DNA of 64,000 nt from assembly GCF_006345805.1 (NCBI RefSeq), contig NC_043005.1, positions 75,826,001-75,890,000 on the forward strand, given 5' to 3'. Below, piece by piece: positions 24,702 through 38,290 of the stretch. Numbering within the stretch: the stretch's first letter is position 1; the number at the start of each line of letters is the position of its first letter. The notes beneath the pieces were generated by a model, which worked only from the letters and a program-made list of their open reading frames with translations, did not search any database and had not been told where the DNA came from. This DNA comes from Octopus sinensis. Lineage: Eukaryota. Made by a program: the position numbers and the translations under genes.

Positions 24702-26290
24702 TTATTCTAAGAAACTTGTAGTTGTGTCATCTGTGGTGGAAGCATTCAAAAGAAGTTCATATTTTGGGATAAAATATGATTCTTTGCTAATGCACTGATT
24801 ATAGGTTGCATTGTCCCTGAATTTATAGAGGGGAAAAATTCTGAAGTTGGGTTGTTTGTTAGTGGCACAAATGTCGATGTGTTCACTTAATGCCATTTTC
24901 CTGTATTCCCGAATTTTGATTTGGGATCTATGTAGTGTCATCCTCTGGTGTAGACTGGTTTTGGTTTGACTTATGTGTTGCTCTCGGCATCCTGTGCAAG
25001 TTAACACATATATTAGGTTTTCCAAAGCACATGTAAAGTTGTTTTTCACTGTAAAACGTTGACCCTGTTCAAAGGGGTACTTTGATCCCTCAATAAGGTT
25101 GACGCATATACCACAGTTAGGTCTTCCGCGTTTTTTTTACTGATGGTTTCAATGTTGTTGACAAGTGTACTTGGGCTTGTGTTAGGAGACTTTTCATTGA
25201 CTTGGGTTGTCTTTTGCTCTTTATGATGGTGTGTGTTTGGAGGATTTGGTTTATTCTGTGGTCCAGTTTTTGTAGAGGAATGTTCTGGAGGATGGTGTGG
25301 AAGGTTTCATTGTTTAAAGGGTGGTGTGTGGAGATGTATGATAGGGCTTTTGGCTGTAAATCCTTCTTTAGTTTGGGACGTCTGAGTTCATGGATGTTGA
25401 GTTGTAGGGCACATTGAAAACCTTATCAATTAGTGATGGTGGTAGTTCCTGCTGATTAGTGTATCCTTTAGCTCACGTAGTCATATGTCCCTGGTGCTTG
25501 TATCAGATACTATAATACAAATCCTTTTTGCCAGGTTGAAGGGGATATTCATTCTAGTGTGTCTGGTGTGGCAAGAGTTGAACAGTAGATATTGCTTGGA
25601 GTCTGTGGGCTTATAGTATATGCCTGTTTTTATTTTGTTGTTGGATTTCTTAATGAGATGTCAAGGAATGGAAGTTGTTGATGGCTATATTCCATCATAA
25701 ATTGAATGTTCATGTGAAGTTCATTTAGAAGTTCTTGAAATTCTTTAAGTCTCTCTACACTTTCATGCCAAAGAATGAAACAGTCATTTACATACCTCTT
25801 CCAGTTATTTTCTATGTAGAGGGAGAATGGGTTGCCATATTTTTCTAGTACCTTATCCCATGATTAGGTTAGCAAAGGAAGAAGCCATTCTTTTACCCAT
25901 AGCAGTCCCCAATTTTTGTTGATACAAGTTGTCTTTGAAGACAAAGAAGTTATCTTCCAAGATGAATTTTAGCCCTTCTATCACAAATTCTTTTTTGATG
26001 TTGTGTGGGAGTTCATTGGAGTAATTCTCTAGCCAGAATTGGATTGCCTCTATTCCTAGGCTGTGGGGGGATATTAGAATAGAGGTTGACTACATCGAAG
26101 GATACTAGTAGGGTGTTTTTGTTTATTGTTTCCGGGAGGTGATTGAGGATATCTAGGTCGTCCCTTATGTAGGTTTGATATACTTAAGGAATGGTTTTAA
26201 GAGGGCATCTAAAATGTTGCTGAGGCAGTGAGTTTCGCATGTGGGACCTGCTATTATAGATCTTAATTCGAGGTCATTAGGAGTAGGTAC
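24702..26290 (-). mobile_element. 5'-truncated Penelope-like retroelement (RT plus C-terminal GIY-YIG), disrupted
   Basis: RT motifs RSIIAGPTCETHCLSNILDALLKP, LVSFDVVNLYSNIPH, GTAMG, WKRYVNDCF, LPFLDI. Endonuclease NLIYVLTCTGCREQHISQTKTSLHQRMTLHRSQI. Multiple frameshifts. Confidence 0.9.
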
Positions 26291-26332
26291 CTTGATTATT
26301 ATATGTATGCAGGTGTGGCTGTGTGGTAAGTA

Positions 26333-26874
26333 TTGGGTTGTCCAGAAAGTTTGTGGTCAATAAATACTAGCCATTACATTTTTAATCAACCAAATATGAA
26401 ACATTTTGTTGCACAATGCATCTCCATCTTTCCTTTAACATGAAAATACCCTCTTCCCAGAATTGAGGTGGTTTCATGGCAAAGAATTCATCAAAATATC
26501 TTTATATGTCATCCAAGGAATTGAAATTTTTACCATTAAGACTATTCTGCAGAGACCTGAATAAGTGGAAATCCGAAGGAGCAATATCTGGTGAATATGG
26601 AGGGTGGGGTAACACATCCCAGCCGAGCTGCAGCAGTTTTTGTCTTGTTCCCAAAGCATCAAGTGCCGAAAATGAACTTTCTTATCTTCCATTTTAAAGG
26701 GTTACAGAATTAACATAGGTTATAGGAACATAAATCTTCTTCTACAAAAAGATAGCTTAAACTGTGCTCTAAATGGAGGTGTAGTCAAATCTTACTTTAT
26801 GGACTCAACCATGTTCTAAATTAAGTTGAAAGTTAATCTACTATAAATTGGCATGAACTTTCCGAACAACCCAA
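26333..26874 (-). mobile_element. internally deleted mariner (DD34D) element with both TIRs and TA TSD
   Basis: TIRs ttgggttgtccagaaagtt / aactttccgaacaacccaa with TA on both sides. N-terminal MEDKKVHFRHLMLWE is fused to LGWDVLPHPPYSPDIAPSDFHLFRSLQNSL...FWEEGI...RW. Confidence 0.9.
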
Positions 26875-27909
26875 TATTTTTAGTAGATTGAGTGAATGTG
26901 TAGAATTTCCTAGTATTCTGAGGTTATTTCATTCAGTCATTATCTCCATTACAAAGTGTAGCTTCAGCTTTGAGCTTAATTAATTGCCAATATTCAAGAT
27001 ACTTAGTGCAATTACAGTATAATCATTACTAACAAATGAACAGTTTAAGTGATTAACCTATTCATGTTAAATTGCACCAATTGTATATGAAGAAGATTAA
27101 GACTTATAGTTACGTCATAGTCAATATGTAAGTTAGTAAAACATAAATGTATAGAATATCTTCATGTTAGATGACATATCAAGCTAATGGATAAAAAGAT
27201 ATAGGAATTCTCATATCATTATCATTACCACCAGCATCACCAACACTGCCTGCATTATTATTATCATTTCATTTATACACAACAGATCAGACTGTTGGGA
27301 AGAAAATTCCTAATGTCAGGCTACATCAAGTACCCTTATTTGTCATTGACAAGCCCCGCCTCCCCTAAAATTTCAGGCCTTGTGACTACAGAAGAAAGAG
27401 TTATTTTTATTATATGACAGAATCATTAGAATGTTGGTGGGGAGAAAATGCTAGTTGCATTTTTTCTGGTTCTTTACATTGTAAGTTCAAATCTCCCGGT
27501 GGCTGCTTTTGCCTTTCACTCCTCTGGGGTCAATAAAATAGAGTATCAGTCAAATATCATAGTGAAATATGTGAGATAAGTACACTCGTGAACAAACAAT
27601 TCACGTGAAAAAAATAATTCACAAAAAAATAATTTGCAAAGATATCATTGGTTCAGTTATTATCTGGTGTAACAATTTAAAAATGATAATAACAGAATCA
27701 ATAATATAGGTGATTGCAGGCCCTCAAAAAAGCATTAAATAGCTGAAGGATTAAAATTAATCAAAGGACATACCAAGTATGTCTATCTGCTGGAAATAAG
27801 AGTTTTGACTGTTATTTCCAGCAACTATACATACTTAATATGTCTTTTGATTAATTTTAATCCTGGTGCATATATATTTATTATTGCTATGGTTACATGT
27901 ACTTGACAT

Positions 27910-30235
27910 GTTAGTTAGTTAGTTAATTTTTGGCTCAAAAAGCAAAAAGCAAGGCCATGTAGGGGGACATAGAATTATGTACAGGGTGGTGTTCATGTAA
28001 AGAGTTCAGGCCACTTGTGGTCAAGGGAGATTTTGAACCGAGCGGTCGTCGGCATCTTCACCATCTCGTCTGGCAGCTTATTCCACGGATCCGCAACCCG
28101 GACAGAGAAAGCCCCACTCCTTCGATTGAGATGAAATCGATGCAGATAGAGCTTTTCAGAATGACCCCACAGCCGACGCTCTGGAGCAGGAGTGAAGAAC
28201 AGCTCTTTCGAGAGGTTACACTTTCCGCTTATGATGCTGTGAGCAAGAATGAGATCACTACGGCGTCGGCGTTTTTCTAGAGAATAAAGGTCGAGCGTCT
28301 TCAGCCTTTCTTCATAAGACAAATTCTTGAGACCAAGAACCATGCAGGTAGTCAGCTTCTGGACCCTTTCAAGATGCTGTATGTCTTTGAGGAGATAAGG
28401 AGAAGAGGCTTGAATCCCGTACTCCAATATTGGTCTCACCAGCGTGACATAGAGCGGTAGGAATATGGCTGCTGTGAGCATGACCGTCGAATCAAGAACA
28501 GAACTCCGCGTGCTTTGTTGGCAGCATGGACGCACTGGGCTGAAGGCGAAAAGGAGGAATCCACCAAGATACCCAGGTCCTTTACCTGGTCGGTCCTCTC
28601 CAGCAGCAGACGACCAGGCTCAAAATCAAGTTGAGTTGCAGTAGGAGAGCCAACAGGCAGATGACAGCACTTTGACACGTTCAGACACAGGTCCCATTCG
28701 TTAGACCATCTCCAAATTTGGTGGAGGCATCGACGAAGATCCTCTATATCACCGCAAGGAGTGACCAGTTTGACATCGTTGGCAAATAGAAGGGTGTGTT
28801 GCGTGAGGTCGTCGGGCAAGTCATTTATGAAGACTAAGAACAATAAGGGCCCAAGCACTGAACCTTGAGGCACGCCACTGCTCGCACTGGAAACGTCGGA
28901 CAGCGAACCATTAACTTGGACTTGGAAGGAGCGATCTGAGAGAAAGGCACCAACCCATCGTACAATATCCGGATGGAAACCATATGCTTGAAGCTTGACC
29001 AGTAATAGGCGGTGGTTTACCGAGTCAAAAGCTTTGGCAAAGTCCAATAAAACGATGTCAACAGCATCACCATCATCGAGGATGTGCGTCACCAATTCTT
29101 CCATTACCAGTAAGTTGGTCAAGCATGATCTCTTTGGCACAAAGCCGTGTTGGGAATCAGAGATAAAGGCTGTGTTTTGGAGGTGGAGCATCATACTTTT
29201 CTTAAGGATGGTTTCGAACATCTTGCTGATTATTGAAGTAAGGGAAACCGGTTGGTAGTTAAGCAGGTCTTTGCGGCTCCCTTTCTTAAAAATTGGGCAG
29301 ATTATTGCTGTTCTCCAGTCCGCAGGTATAACACCCGTCGCCAATGACATATTGAATAGACATGTTAAAGGCTTGCAGATGACCGGAGCCAACGCTTTGA
29401 TAACCCGTGGGTGTATGCCGTCAGGGCCGTGACCCTTGTTGACATCGAGGCCTTGAATAACGCATTCGACTTCGTCCCGCGTGATGACCAATCGAAGCAT
29501 TGGAGGTACCGATCTAACAAATGGAGGGGTTCACGACCATCATCTTGTTTGAAAATAGTTGAAAAAGCCTCGGCAAATAATTGACTCTGTTGATAAGGGT
29601 CCTCAATCGATACGCCTGTTGAGTCTACCAACGTTGCAATTTGGTTGTTCAAGCGGGAATTCCGTTGGACATGGGCAAAGAAGGTTTTTGGATTGCGACT
29701 GGCGTTTGCCGCGATTCTGTATTCATATCTGAAGTGTTCTTCCTTTTCAATTTTCATGGCTCGGTCTCGTTGAGTTTTGTACACCTCAAAAGCTGCAGTC
29801 GAATCTAGATTTTTGAATTCAGCCCAAGCAATATCTCTGAGTCGAAATTCTCGTTTAACCTTCTTCGTCACCCAGGGCTTGTGTTTCTTCTTCCTGGGAA
29901 GCCCAACGGGAACTGCTTGGTCAGTCAACCAGATTACATATGCTTTGAGGGACAACCATAGTTCGTCAACTGAGGACAACGTCATCAGGGATCGCCAGTC
30001 CAGAAGCGCGGAAGCCTTGGTTAGAATTTCAAGATTAATTGCAGAGAAGACTCTACGGGGCAGCGAAGTAGTCGTGGGCATAGAAAAAGTTGTGTGCATG
30101 ACGAACTTCAGGACTGCATGATCACTCTTGGCAAGAGGGCCGCACACAGATAAGCCTGACACTGATCTTGGATAGCGGGAGAATACCAGATCCAGCATAG
30201 ATGGCTGCTGCCCAGACCAATGCCTTGACAATGAA
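27910..30235 (-). mobile_element. 5'-truncated CR1/L2-group LINE (end of APE endonuclease, RT, 3' tail)
   Basis: LDLVFS...SDHAV; KGHGPDGIHP, NYQPVSLTS, QHGF...SCLTNL, LDFAKAFDSVNH, GVPQGSVLGPLLF, LFANDVKL; RRRRSDLI, FSVRVADPWNKLP; (TAAC)n tail. A few frameshifts. Confidence 0.92.
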
Positions 30236-30749
30236 ACCACATAGGTTTCAGCTCTAATGTTAATTGCATTAAGCTCCTAGTCATTTGTACATACAAGTTG
30301 TCCATATCCAGTGGTGGGCTATGGCATAATACAAAGAGCACAGCATTATCAATTGTCTGACAATTTTGCCATGTTTGCCCCATAAGTGACATCTACTGGT
30401 TGCATCCATATTGTGATGTCATGTGTTGTCAAATACTGAATCATATATAACAATTGAAATCAAGGATTATCAAGTTATACCGATATCCTTTTTTTCTTAC
30501 TATTCGTTATATGTTGTGTGTGTGTGTAGATATTATAATTGCCTCATCTTGATACATGATAACCATCTCACATAAGGAAGGAAAAAAAGAAAAAATGAAT
30601 TGAAAGGTTACTGAATTTAAGAGACAAAAGCTTGTGCAAAACCTTTGACACCCTCATGGTCGCATAGTAGTTTCCAGCGTGAGACATTGCAAAATGAGTG
30701 GTACTGTTTTGACTGCAAGTTTTATGTCAGAGAAGTGCTGTCTTCCCCA

Positions 30750-31200
30750 TGACTCGAATGTTTTTTTCATGTGCCACTGGCACAAGTACTTGTAAAGCGT
30801 CACTGGTAATGATCATGCTCAAATGGTGCTTTTTACATGCCACCAGCACCGAAGCCAGTTAGCTGCTCTGGCAACAATCATGCTTGGATGGTGCACTTAG
30901 CGCTCCACTAGCATGGATTCCAGTCATCGAATTTGATTTTGATTTCACTTGCCTCAACAGGTCTTCACAAGCAGAGTTTAGTGTCCATTGAAGGAAAGGT
31001 ATGCATAAGTGGTCTGGTTACACCCCTGGCATAGGCCACGAGGTTATGGTCTCACTTGGCTTGTTGGATCTTCTCAAGCACAGTATATTTCCAAAAGTCT
31101 CTGTCACTAGTCATTGCCTTGGTGAGGCCTAATGTTTGAAGGTCATGCTTCACCACCTCATCCCAGGTTTTTCTAGGTCTACCTCTTCCACAGGTTCCCT
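30750..31200 (-). mobile_element. RTE 3' end (EGTCGRGRPRKTWDEVVKHDL) plus UTR modules
   Basis: Reverse complement matches 47780-47950. Confidence 0.8.
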
Positions 31201-31204
31201 CAAC

Positions 31205-31480
31205 TGCTAGATGATGATGATGATGATGATGAAGATACTAATGACTATGATGACAATGTTGATGATGATAATAATGACGATGGTGATGATGACAACAATA
31301 ACAATAACAATGATGATGATGACGATGGTAATGATGGTGATGATGATGAGGATAGACGTAATGAAGATGATGGTAATAACGATAATGATGATGAAGATGA
31401 TAACGACGACGATGATGATGATGATGATGATGATGATGACGACGACGATGGCAAAATACGACGATGATGACGAATTCAAT
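31205..31480. repeat. (GAT)/(GAC) microsatellite
   Basis: Directly visible. Confidence 0.9.
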
Positions 31481-31957
31481 CTCATGGCCATGTTTCTGCC
31501 AACATTGCTTTACATTATATAACATACATTATTATATTATATTACAACATTTTATATTATATTTTAAGCATTCTTCAGACTAAACTCATTGAAGTACTGT
31601 AAATATTAAGTAACAAACAGTAAGGAAAGAAGATCATTTTTAAGGAAACATCATCTCAGAAATACAAGATCCTAAAATAAAAGGCTGCCTGAGAAATGAT
31701 CGATTTATAAAATATCACAAAAATACTTTTTATATTCTTTTGGAAATGCATCTGAATATCTTTTTTGTTTACCTTTCACATGCTGGGACACTGCCTTGAG
31801 GAAATTTAGTTGAATGAATTAATTCCGGTACTTTTTTTAAAGACAAATACTTATTCTATTGGGCTTTTTTGTTGAACTGCTAAGTTACAGGGATGTAAAC
31901 ATACCTACACTGGTTATCAAGCATTATTGGTTGGCGAAAAAAATAGGCACAAAGACA

Positions 31958-31999
<42 letters not shown>

Positions 32000-32166
32000 A
32001 CACACAATGAAATGAAGAGTAAATAGACAGGCGACAACCCATAAAGGGTAGTTCTTTGTGTTACTTGTCCTGTTTTCCATTTTTTCTCTCATTGTTTGCG
32101 TATTGAACTCATTTGCTTTCGTACTTCATGTTGTTTACACAGTTGGTGACATCCTGTACCCATATA

Positions 32167-32197
<31 letters not shown>

Positions 32198-32240
32198 TCC
32201 ACATTGATAAGAGGAAAATACCCTGAAACTTGTCTGTGGA
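32198..32240 (+). ncRNA. minimal type-I hammerhead-like motif, U3/A8 covariant core
   Basis: UCCACA-UUGAUAA-G-AGG AAAAUAC CCU-GAAA-C UU G-UC-UGUGGA. Perfect 6-bp stem I and a GUC cleavage triplet. Confidence 0.6.
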
Positions 32241-32450
32241 TGCTTGAGCCAGCATGGGAAAGCTGATGACCTCCCCTGTTCGAAGGTTATAATTGACACA
32301 AGTTTGTGTGTCACATAGCTACTTGGAGGCGATGGCCTCTTGGAGCTAATCAGTGGCAGTATTCGTCCTATTTTTCTGGACTGCCATGTTAGCTTGATGA
32401 TAACTATACATACATACATACATACATACATACATACATACATACACACA

Positions 32451-32488
<38 letters not shown>

Positions 32489-32569
32489 TAGGGATTTTGT
32501 GTGGCTATTCAAGTTATATTTTTAGCTCTTATTTCTAGCAATTGTAGGTGGTATTTTCCATCCTTAACT

Positions 32570-32865
32570 TTTTTTGTTGCATATGTTATTGACATAGATG
32601 CCAACTTAAAGAATGCCACAGTGCTGAAATATGTTGATGACATCAAGCTGTACCTTGAAATAAAGAGGACAGATCCTGTACACTATAGATCTTTATTGCA
32701 ATCAGACCTGGACACAATGCAGCAGTGGATCATGGACTGGCAACTCAAGCTGGCTGTGGGCAAATGTACCACCATGCATTTTGGGAGGCAAAACCCAGCA
32801 TCTACTTACTTCCTCCACAACACTAATCTCAAAAAGTCTTCTTGTGAACGTGACCTGGACATTAT
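32570..32865 (+). mobile_element. CR1/L2-group RT fragment
   Basis: VLKYVDDIKLY...LQSDLDTMQQWIMDWQLKLAVGKCTTMHFG...ERDLDII. Confidence 0.8.
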
Positions 32866-33434
32866 CTTGCCCAGGATATTAAAACAGTACAGTATAATGT
32901 GAATGTTACTGCTATTTTGTCAAGGAATGTAAATTAATACTGTATCTAATATTTATTTAATATTTTAGAAAGATCGACATATTTTTGGAAATGACGTAAG
33001 TCGAAATGATTTAACCAGAGGTATATGTGTCAAAACAGTTTGATTAAAATTCTATGCTACTTAAGTTTCAAAGCTACTTAAAGTTTTGAAACTCTAAGTA
33101 GCTTAAAGTTTCACTGCCTGACAATAAGCTTCATGAGCTTTGAAAGTTTAAGTTGCACAGAATTTGAATCAAACTGTTTTTGCTTCATCCATGTAACTCC
33201 CAATAAATGTGTTGAGTAACCTCCTTTTATTTGTCCATTCACTTGTATATATATTAGGCAAAAGGAGATAACTATATATATATGCATGCTAAATCAAGAC
33301 CCATATTAAACTCCTCACTCATATCACTATCAAACCAAGAGTTTAACTACAGTCTGTCCATAGCACTTAGCGTTACCTGCCACCCTTTGGGTCTTCTAGA
33401 TACAAATATCTTTTATATATATAGGCATAATAGT

Positions 33435-33880
33435 GGCTGTGTAGTAAGTAGCTTGATTATGAACCACATGGTTCCAGGTTCAGTCCCACTGCATGGCACC
33501 TTGGGCAAGTGTCTTCTACTATAGCCTCGGGCCAACCAAAGCTTTGTGAGTGGATTTGGTAGACGGAAACTGAAAGAAACCCGTCGTATATATGTATATA
33601 TATATATATGTATGTGTGTGTATATGTTTGTGTGTCTGTGTCCCCCCCCCCCCAACATCGCTTGACAATGTTTGTGTGTCTGTGTTTGTCCCGCAAACAT
33701 CACTTAACAACAGATGCTGGTGTGTTTACATCCCCGTAACTTAGCAGTTCGGCAAAAAGAGACCGATAGAATAAGTACTAGGCTTATAAAGAATAAGTCC
33801 TGGGGTTGATTTGCTCGACTAAAGGTGGTGCTCCAGCATGGCCACAGTTACATGACTGAATCAAGTAAAAGAGTAAAAGA
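33435..33880 (+). mobile_element. SINE family S1, bipartite copy with central microsatellite
   Basis: Head ggctgtgtagtaag...gaaactgaaagaaacccgtcg, then (AT/GT)n, then tail ccccgtaacttagc...ccagcatggcc...gactgaa. Confidence 0.75.
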
Positions 33881-34379
33881 GTATATAGTAGGCTATAGTA
33901 GAAGACACTTGTACAACTTTCCACGCAGTGGAATTGAACTCAGAACCAAGCTTCTTACCATTCACCCTTGCCTGCACCCATATAAACTGTGACAAAACAG
34001 TGAAATTTTCTTCTATTATGATTTAGATTAAAACTTTCATTGTATCAGCCCCCTGCTACATAGATAAATACATCAATATATAAATATATAAATAGTATTG
34101 AATTGAAGTGTCTTGTGGTATAATAATAATGTGTACATTTATTTTTATCATGCTCCTGTGTTCTAAAATATGAAGAAAGTCTCAATGGGATTTCATTTCG
34201 GGGAAAAAGAAATTGTCTCTGAAGAGCTGTTGTGTAAAAAAAAAAAAAAGAAAGAAAAAAAGAAAAATAAACGAAAAATCGATCTGACTTGCAAGAGACA
34301 TCAGCAGTTTGAGAGACATCGTGTTATGGCATTATTTCGGTCTTTCGCACTTCCTCTGCCACCTTGTGTTTCATGTTGC

Positions 34380-34383
34380 TTCG

Positions 34384-34418
<35 letters not shown>

Positions 34419-34860
34419 TTCATATTCCTCCTTCTCCCACTTGTCATTGTCAGCATCGCCATCAGTGTAGTCATCATCATCCTAAACATCGTCATCATCA
34501 TCATCCTAAACATCGTCATCATCATTGTAGTTATCATCATCATCATCATCATCATCTGTGTAATCATCATCACCATCCTCACCACCACCACCACCATCAT
34601 CATCCTAATCCTCATCAATGTAGTTACCACCACCACCACCACCACCATCATAATCCTAATCATCATCATCATCATCATCATCATCATTGTAGTTATCACC
34701 ACCACCACCACCACCACCACCATCCACCACCATCCACCACCACCTCCACCACCACCACCACCACCATCATCATCGCATCGTAGTTATCACCACTACCACC
34801 ACCATCATCAACATCCTAATCCTCATCATCATTGTCATCACCATCATCACCTCCACAACT
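34380..34860. repeat. (CAT)/(CAC) microsatellite field
   Basis: Directly visible. Confidence 0.9.
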
Positions 34861-35530
34861 GTGTGAAGAAGTGTTGCACTTTAAAGGTGGAAGGAACCTG
34901 TGGAAGAAGTAGACCCAGGAAGACATGGGAAGAAGTAGTGAAGCACAATCTTCTAATGCTGGGTCTCACGGAGGCAATGGCATGTGACCAACACCTTTGA
35001 CAATAATGCTGTGCTTGAGAAGACCCGTCGCACCAAGTGAGATTGTAGTCATGGCTGATGCCAGTGTTGTGTAACTGTCCCCTTAAATGTACCCTTTAAA
35101 CATTGGGTGAAATGCTGTGCTTGTGAAGACCTATTGAGTTGAGTAAAATTACAGTCATGGCCAATGCCAGTGCCGTCTGACTGGCACCTGTGCTGGTGGC
35201 ACATAAAAAGCACCATTTGAGTATTGGGCCTCATGGATGTAGAGACAGATGATCTAGACCTTTGGCAATATATTGTGCTTGTGTAGACCTGTTAAGCCAA
35301 GTGAGACCATAGGCATGGCTGATGTTAGTGTCAGGTCAGTGGCACCCATGCTGGTGGCACATAAAAGCACCCATTATACTCTCGGAGTGGTTGGCATTAG
35401 GAAGGGCATCCAGCCGTAGAAACCTTGGCAAATCAGATCAGAACCTGGTGTAGCTCCCTGGTTTACCAGTTTTCAGTCAAATTGTCCAAATCATGTCAGC
35501 ATGGAAAAATGGATGTTAAATGATGATGAT
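34860..35530 (+). mobile_element. RTE 3' end plus 3'-UTR modules
   Basis: CVKKCCTLKVEGTCGRSRPRKTWEEVVKHNL, followed by modules and a (GAT)n tail. Confidence 0.8.
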
Positions 35531-35557
35531 TAATAATAATAATAATAATAATAATAA

Positions 35558-36012
35558 GTTTGCTTATTGATCGACATGAGCATCCCCTGTGATCATAATA
35601 TCTCAGCGAAAAAGTTTGACAAGCTCAGAAAATATAAAGACCTACTCATTGAAATTGAGAAAATGTGGCATCTCAAGGCGGTTACAATACCAGTGATCGT
35701 AGGAGCACTAGGAATGATCAAGAAGGGAACCGAAAATTATATGAGAATGATCCCTGGCTTACCATCCCTGCAAGAAGTGCAAAAGATTGTCTTAACTGGT
35801 ACATCACACGTATTGAGAAGAGCATTGTCGATGTGAGAACTGTTGCTGCTCATGTATTTTAATTTAACTTAAAAAAAAAAATTTTTTTTAAAATGAACGA
35901 ACTATTGAGTTTAGTTTAATGGCCTACCAATGTATACTATGAGTTTCTTTGCCCTAGGAGTCAGGAAGACACTCGGCAAGAAATGGAAGCAAATTTGAAA
36001 GAAGAAAAAAAA
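35558..36012 (+). mobile_element. 5'-truncated R4/Dong-like element (RLE end plus 3' UTR)
   Basis: CLLIDMSIPCDHNISAKKFDKLRKY...LRRALSM, flanked by (TAA)n. Same family as 5622-6180. Confidence 0.85.
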
Positions 36013-36046
36013 TGTAATAATAATATTAATGATAATAATAATAATA

Positions 36047-36180
36047 AAACATAATTTTTGTATGGAACAAACATAATTTTCGTATGGAACAAACATAATT
36101 TTCGTATGGTTTTTTAGGAACAAACATAATTTTCATATGGTTTTTTAGGAACAAACATAATTTTCGTATGGTTTTTTAGG
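36047..36180. repeat. 5-unit tandem array (22,22,31,31,28 bp) aaacataattttcgtatgg...
   Basis: Units counted directly. The array heads a segment (to about 36330) that lies between two (TAA)n tracts. Confidence 0.9.
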
Positions 36181-36689
36181 TATTCACTAGTACAACACTA
36201 AGTACAAAACCAAATATATGGCACCCTAGGCATAACACCAACATGAACTTCCAACTTGTTGTCTCTTGAGGTCTCTGGGTGAGACTTGGAGCCAGCTTAT
36301 GCAAATGTAAAGCAAAAGTCAAACATAGAATAATAATAATAATTGTATTGGGGATGAGTAAAATCCAGATGATCACCTCAAAAGCACTTCATGCCGGAGC
36401 CTGGCTAGCAAAGTGTTTGAATAGCAGAGTAAAGGTTACACCTTTAAATCAGCCGAAGAATGATTGGTTATACTCCAGCCAATTATTATGGAAGCATTCT
36501 GCAAATCCAATGCGCATATACCAAATAGGTGAGCTACAATCCTCACTGAGTAAATAACAACAATTTTATATATTTACACATATAAAGATATAATTTTCAC
36601 TTAATTAAAATTATCGCTATGCCTCCACATTTGATATGTTTATGCTTACTCTACCATTTTATCTGTGGCTCTAGTAATTCTTTCCAGCA

Positions 36690-36728
36690 ATAGTAACAAC
36701 AACAACAATAATGATGATAATAATAATG

Positions 36729-36767
<39 letters not shown>

Positions 36768-36952
36768 TAATAATAATAATGATGATGATGATGATGATGA
36801 TGATGACGATGACGATGATGATGATGATGACAATGATGATGATGATGATGATGATGACGATGATGATGATGATGACGATGATGATGATGACAATGATGAT
36901 GATGATGATGATGACGATGATGATGATGATGATAATGATAATGATGATGATG

Positions 36953-36995
<43 letters not shown>

Positions 36996-37018
36996 TGATG
37001 ATAATAATAATAATAATG

Positions 37019-37062
<44 letters not shown>

Positions 37063-37421
37063 CATGATGCTTATACTCTGTTGGACTGTTGCTATGGTGA
37101 GTGATGTGCTTAAGATGCAGGCGACTGGAAAAGCTAACAAAAGGAAAAAAAAACAAGAACAACAAAGAAAACAAAACAGAAAAGACTAACTAAAACAAAA
37201 CAAACCTGTTCAGTGAAATGATAAGAAAGATATGATGTTGAAATGATGATGAAGATGATGCTGATGATGACGACAACGATGCATGTGAGAAAGATGGTGA
37301 TGGTGGTGGTGGTGGTGGTGGCAGCGGCCGCAGTGATGGTAGTGATGGTTAAGATGGTGGTGATGATTGTGATGTTCATATTAATGCTTCTAGTGATGGC
37401 TGATGGTCATGATAATGTTGT

Positions 37422-37473
<52 letters not shown>

Positions 37474-38039
37474 AAAGAAATTATCTGAATCTAATATACA
37501 CAATCTCTGAATAGCTCTTAGTGCTGTTGTTGTTGTTTAACCCTGGGTTAGCCTCGATCAAAACAAACCCAGCCTCGATAATTTGCAACCCCCCACCCCA
37601 CTCCTATGATTATATCATCCAATATCTTTTTCAATTTTTGAAGACTGTAAAATTTGAGTAGAAAGAAATTCGGCTCTATTTCTAGCATATTGAATGACCA
37701 TCTAAAGGCCACCTTAATATTTCTTATATTGTCCGTTGGCAACATTATTTATGGTTTTGAACAAGATTTAGGTCTGAAAAAGAATGTCTGTGCAGGTAAA
37801 TTATTAGACCACTCAATAAATGGTTCACAGATTCTAATCTATTGCAAGCATTTTGCAATATTTCTAGGGAAAGCACTTCACTTTATACATATACCTATCA
37901 CCATCACCACCACCTCCACCACCACAACCATGACCACTACTACCACCATGACCATGACCACGACCACAACGATGACGATGAACACCATCATCACTGTCGC
38001 CATCACCATCACCACCACAACCACAGCCTCCACTACTGT

Positions 38040-38070
<31 letters not shown>

Positions 38071-38290
38071 ACCACCACCACCACCACCACCACCTCCACT
38101 ACCACAACCATGACCCCCAACGACCACCATGACGATGACGACGATGACAACGATGACTCCCACCAACACCAACACCACCACCACCACCACCACTGTTACT
38201 ACTACTACTACTACTACTACTACTATCAATACCACTACAATCACCACAGCCTCCACCACCACCACCATCACCACCTCCATCACCAGCACT
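36690..38290. repeat. compound (TAA)/(GAT)/(CAC) microsatellite fields
   Basis: Three tracts (36690-37065, 37240-37470, 37895-38290) separated by unique DNA. Confidence 0.85.

Noticed and set aside
32262-32290. Second CUGAUGA near the 32198 hammerhead
   Set aside because: No stem II followed by GAAA downstream.
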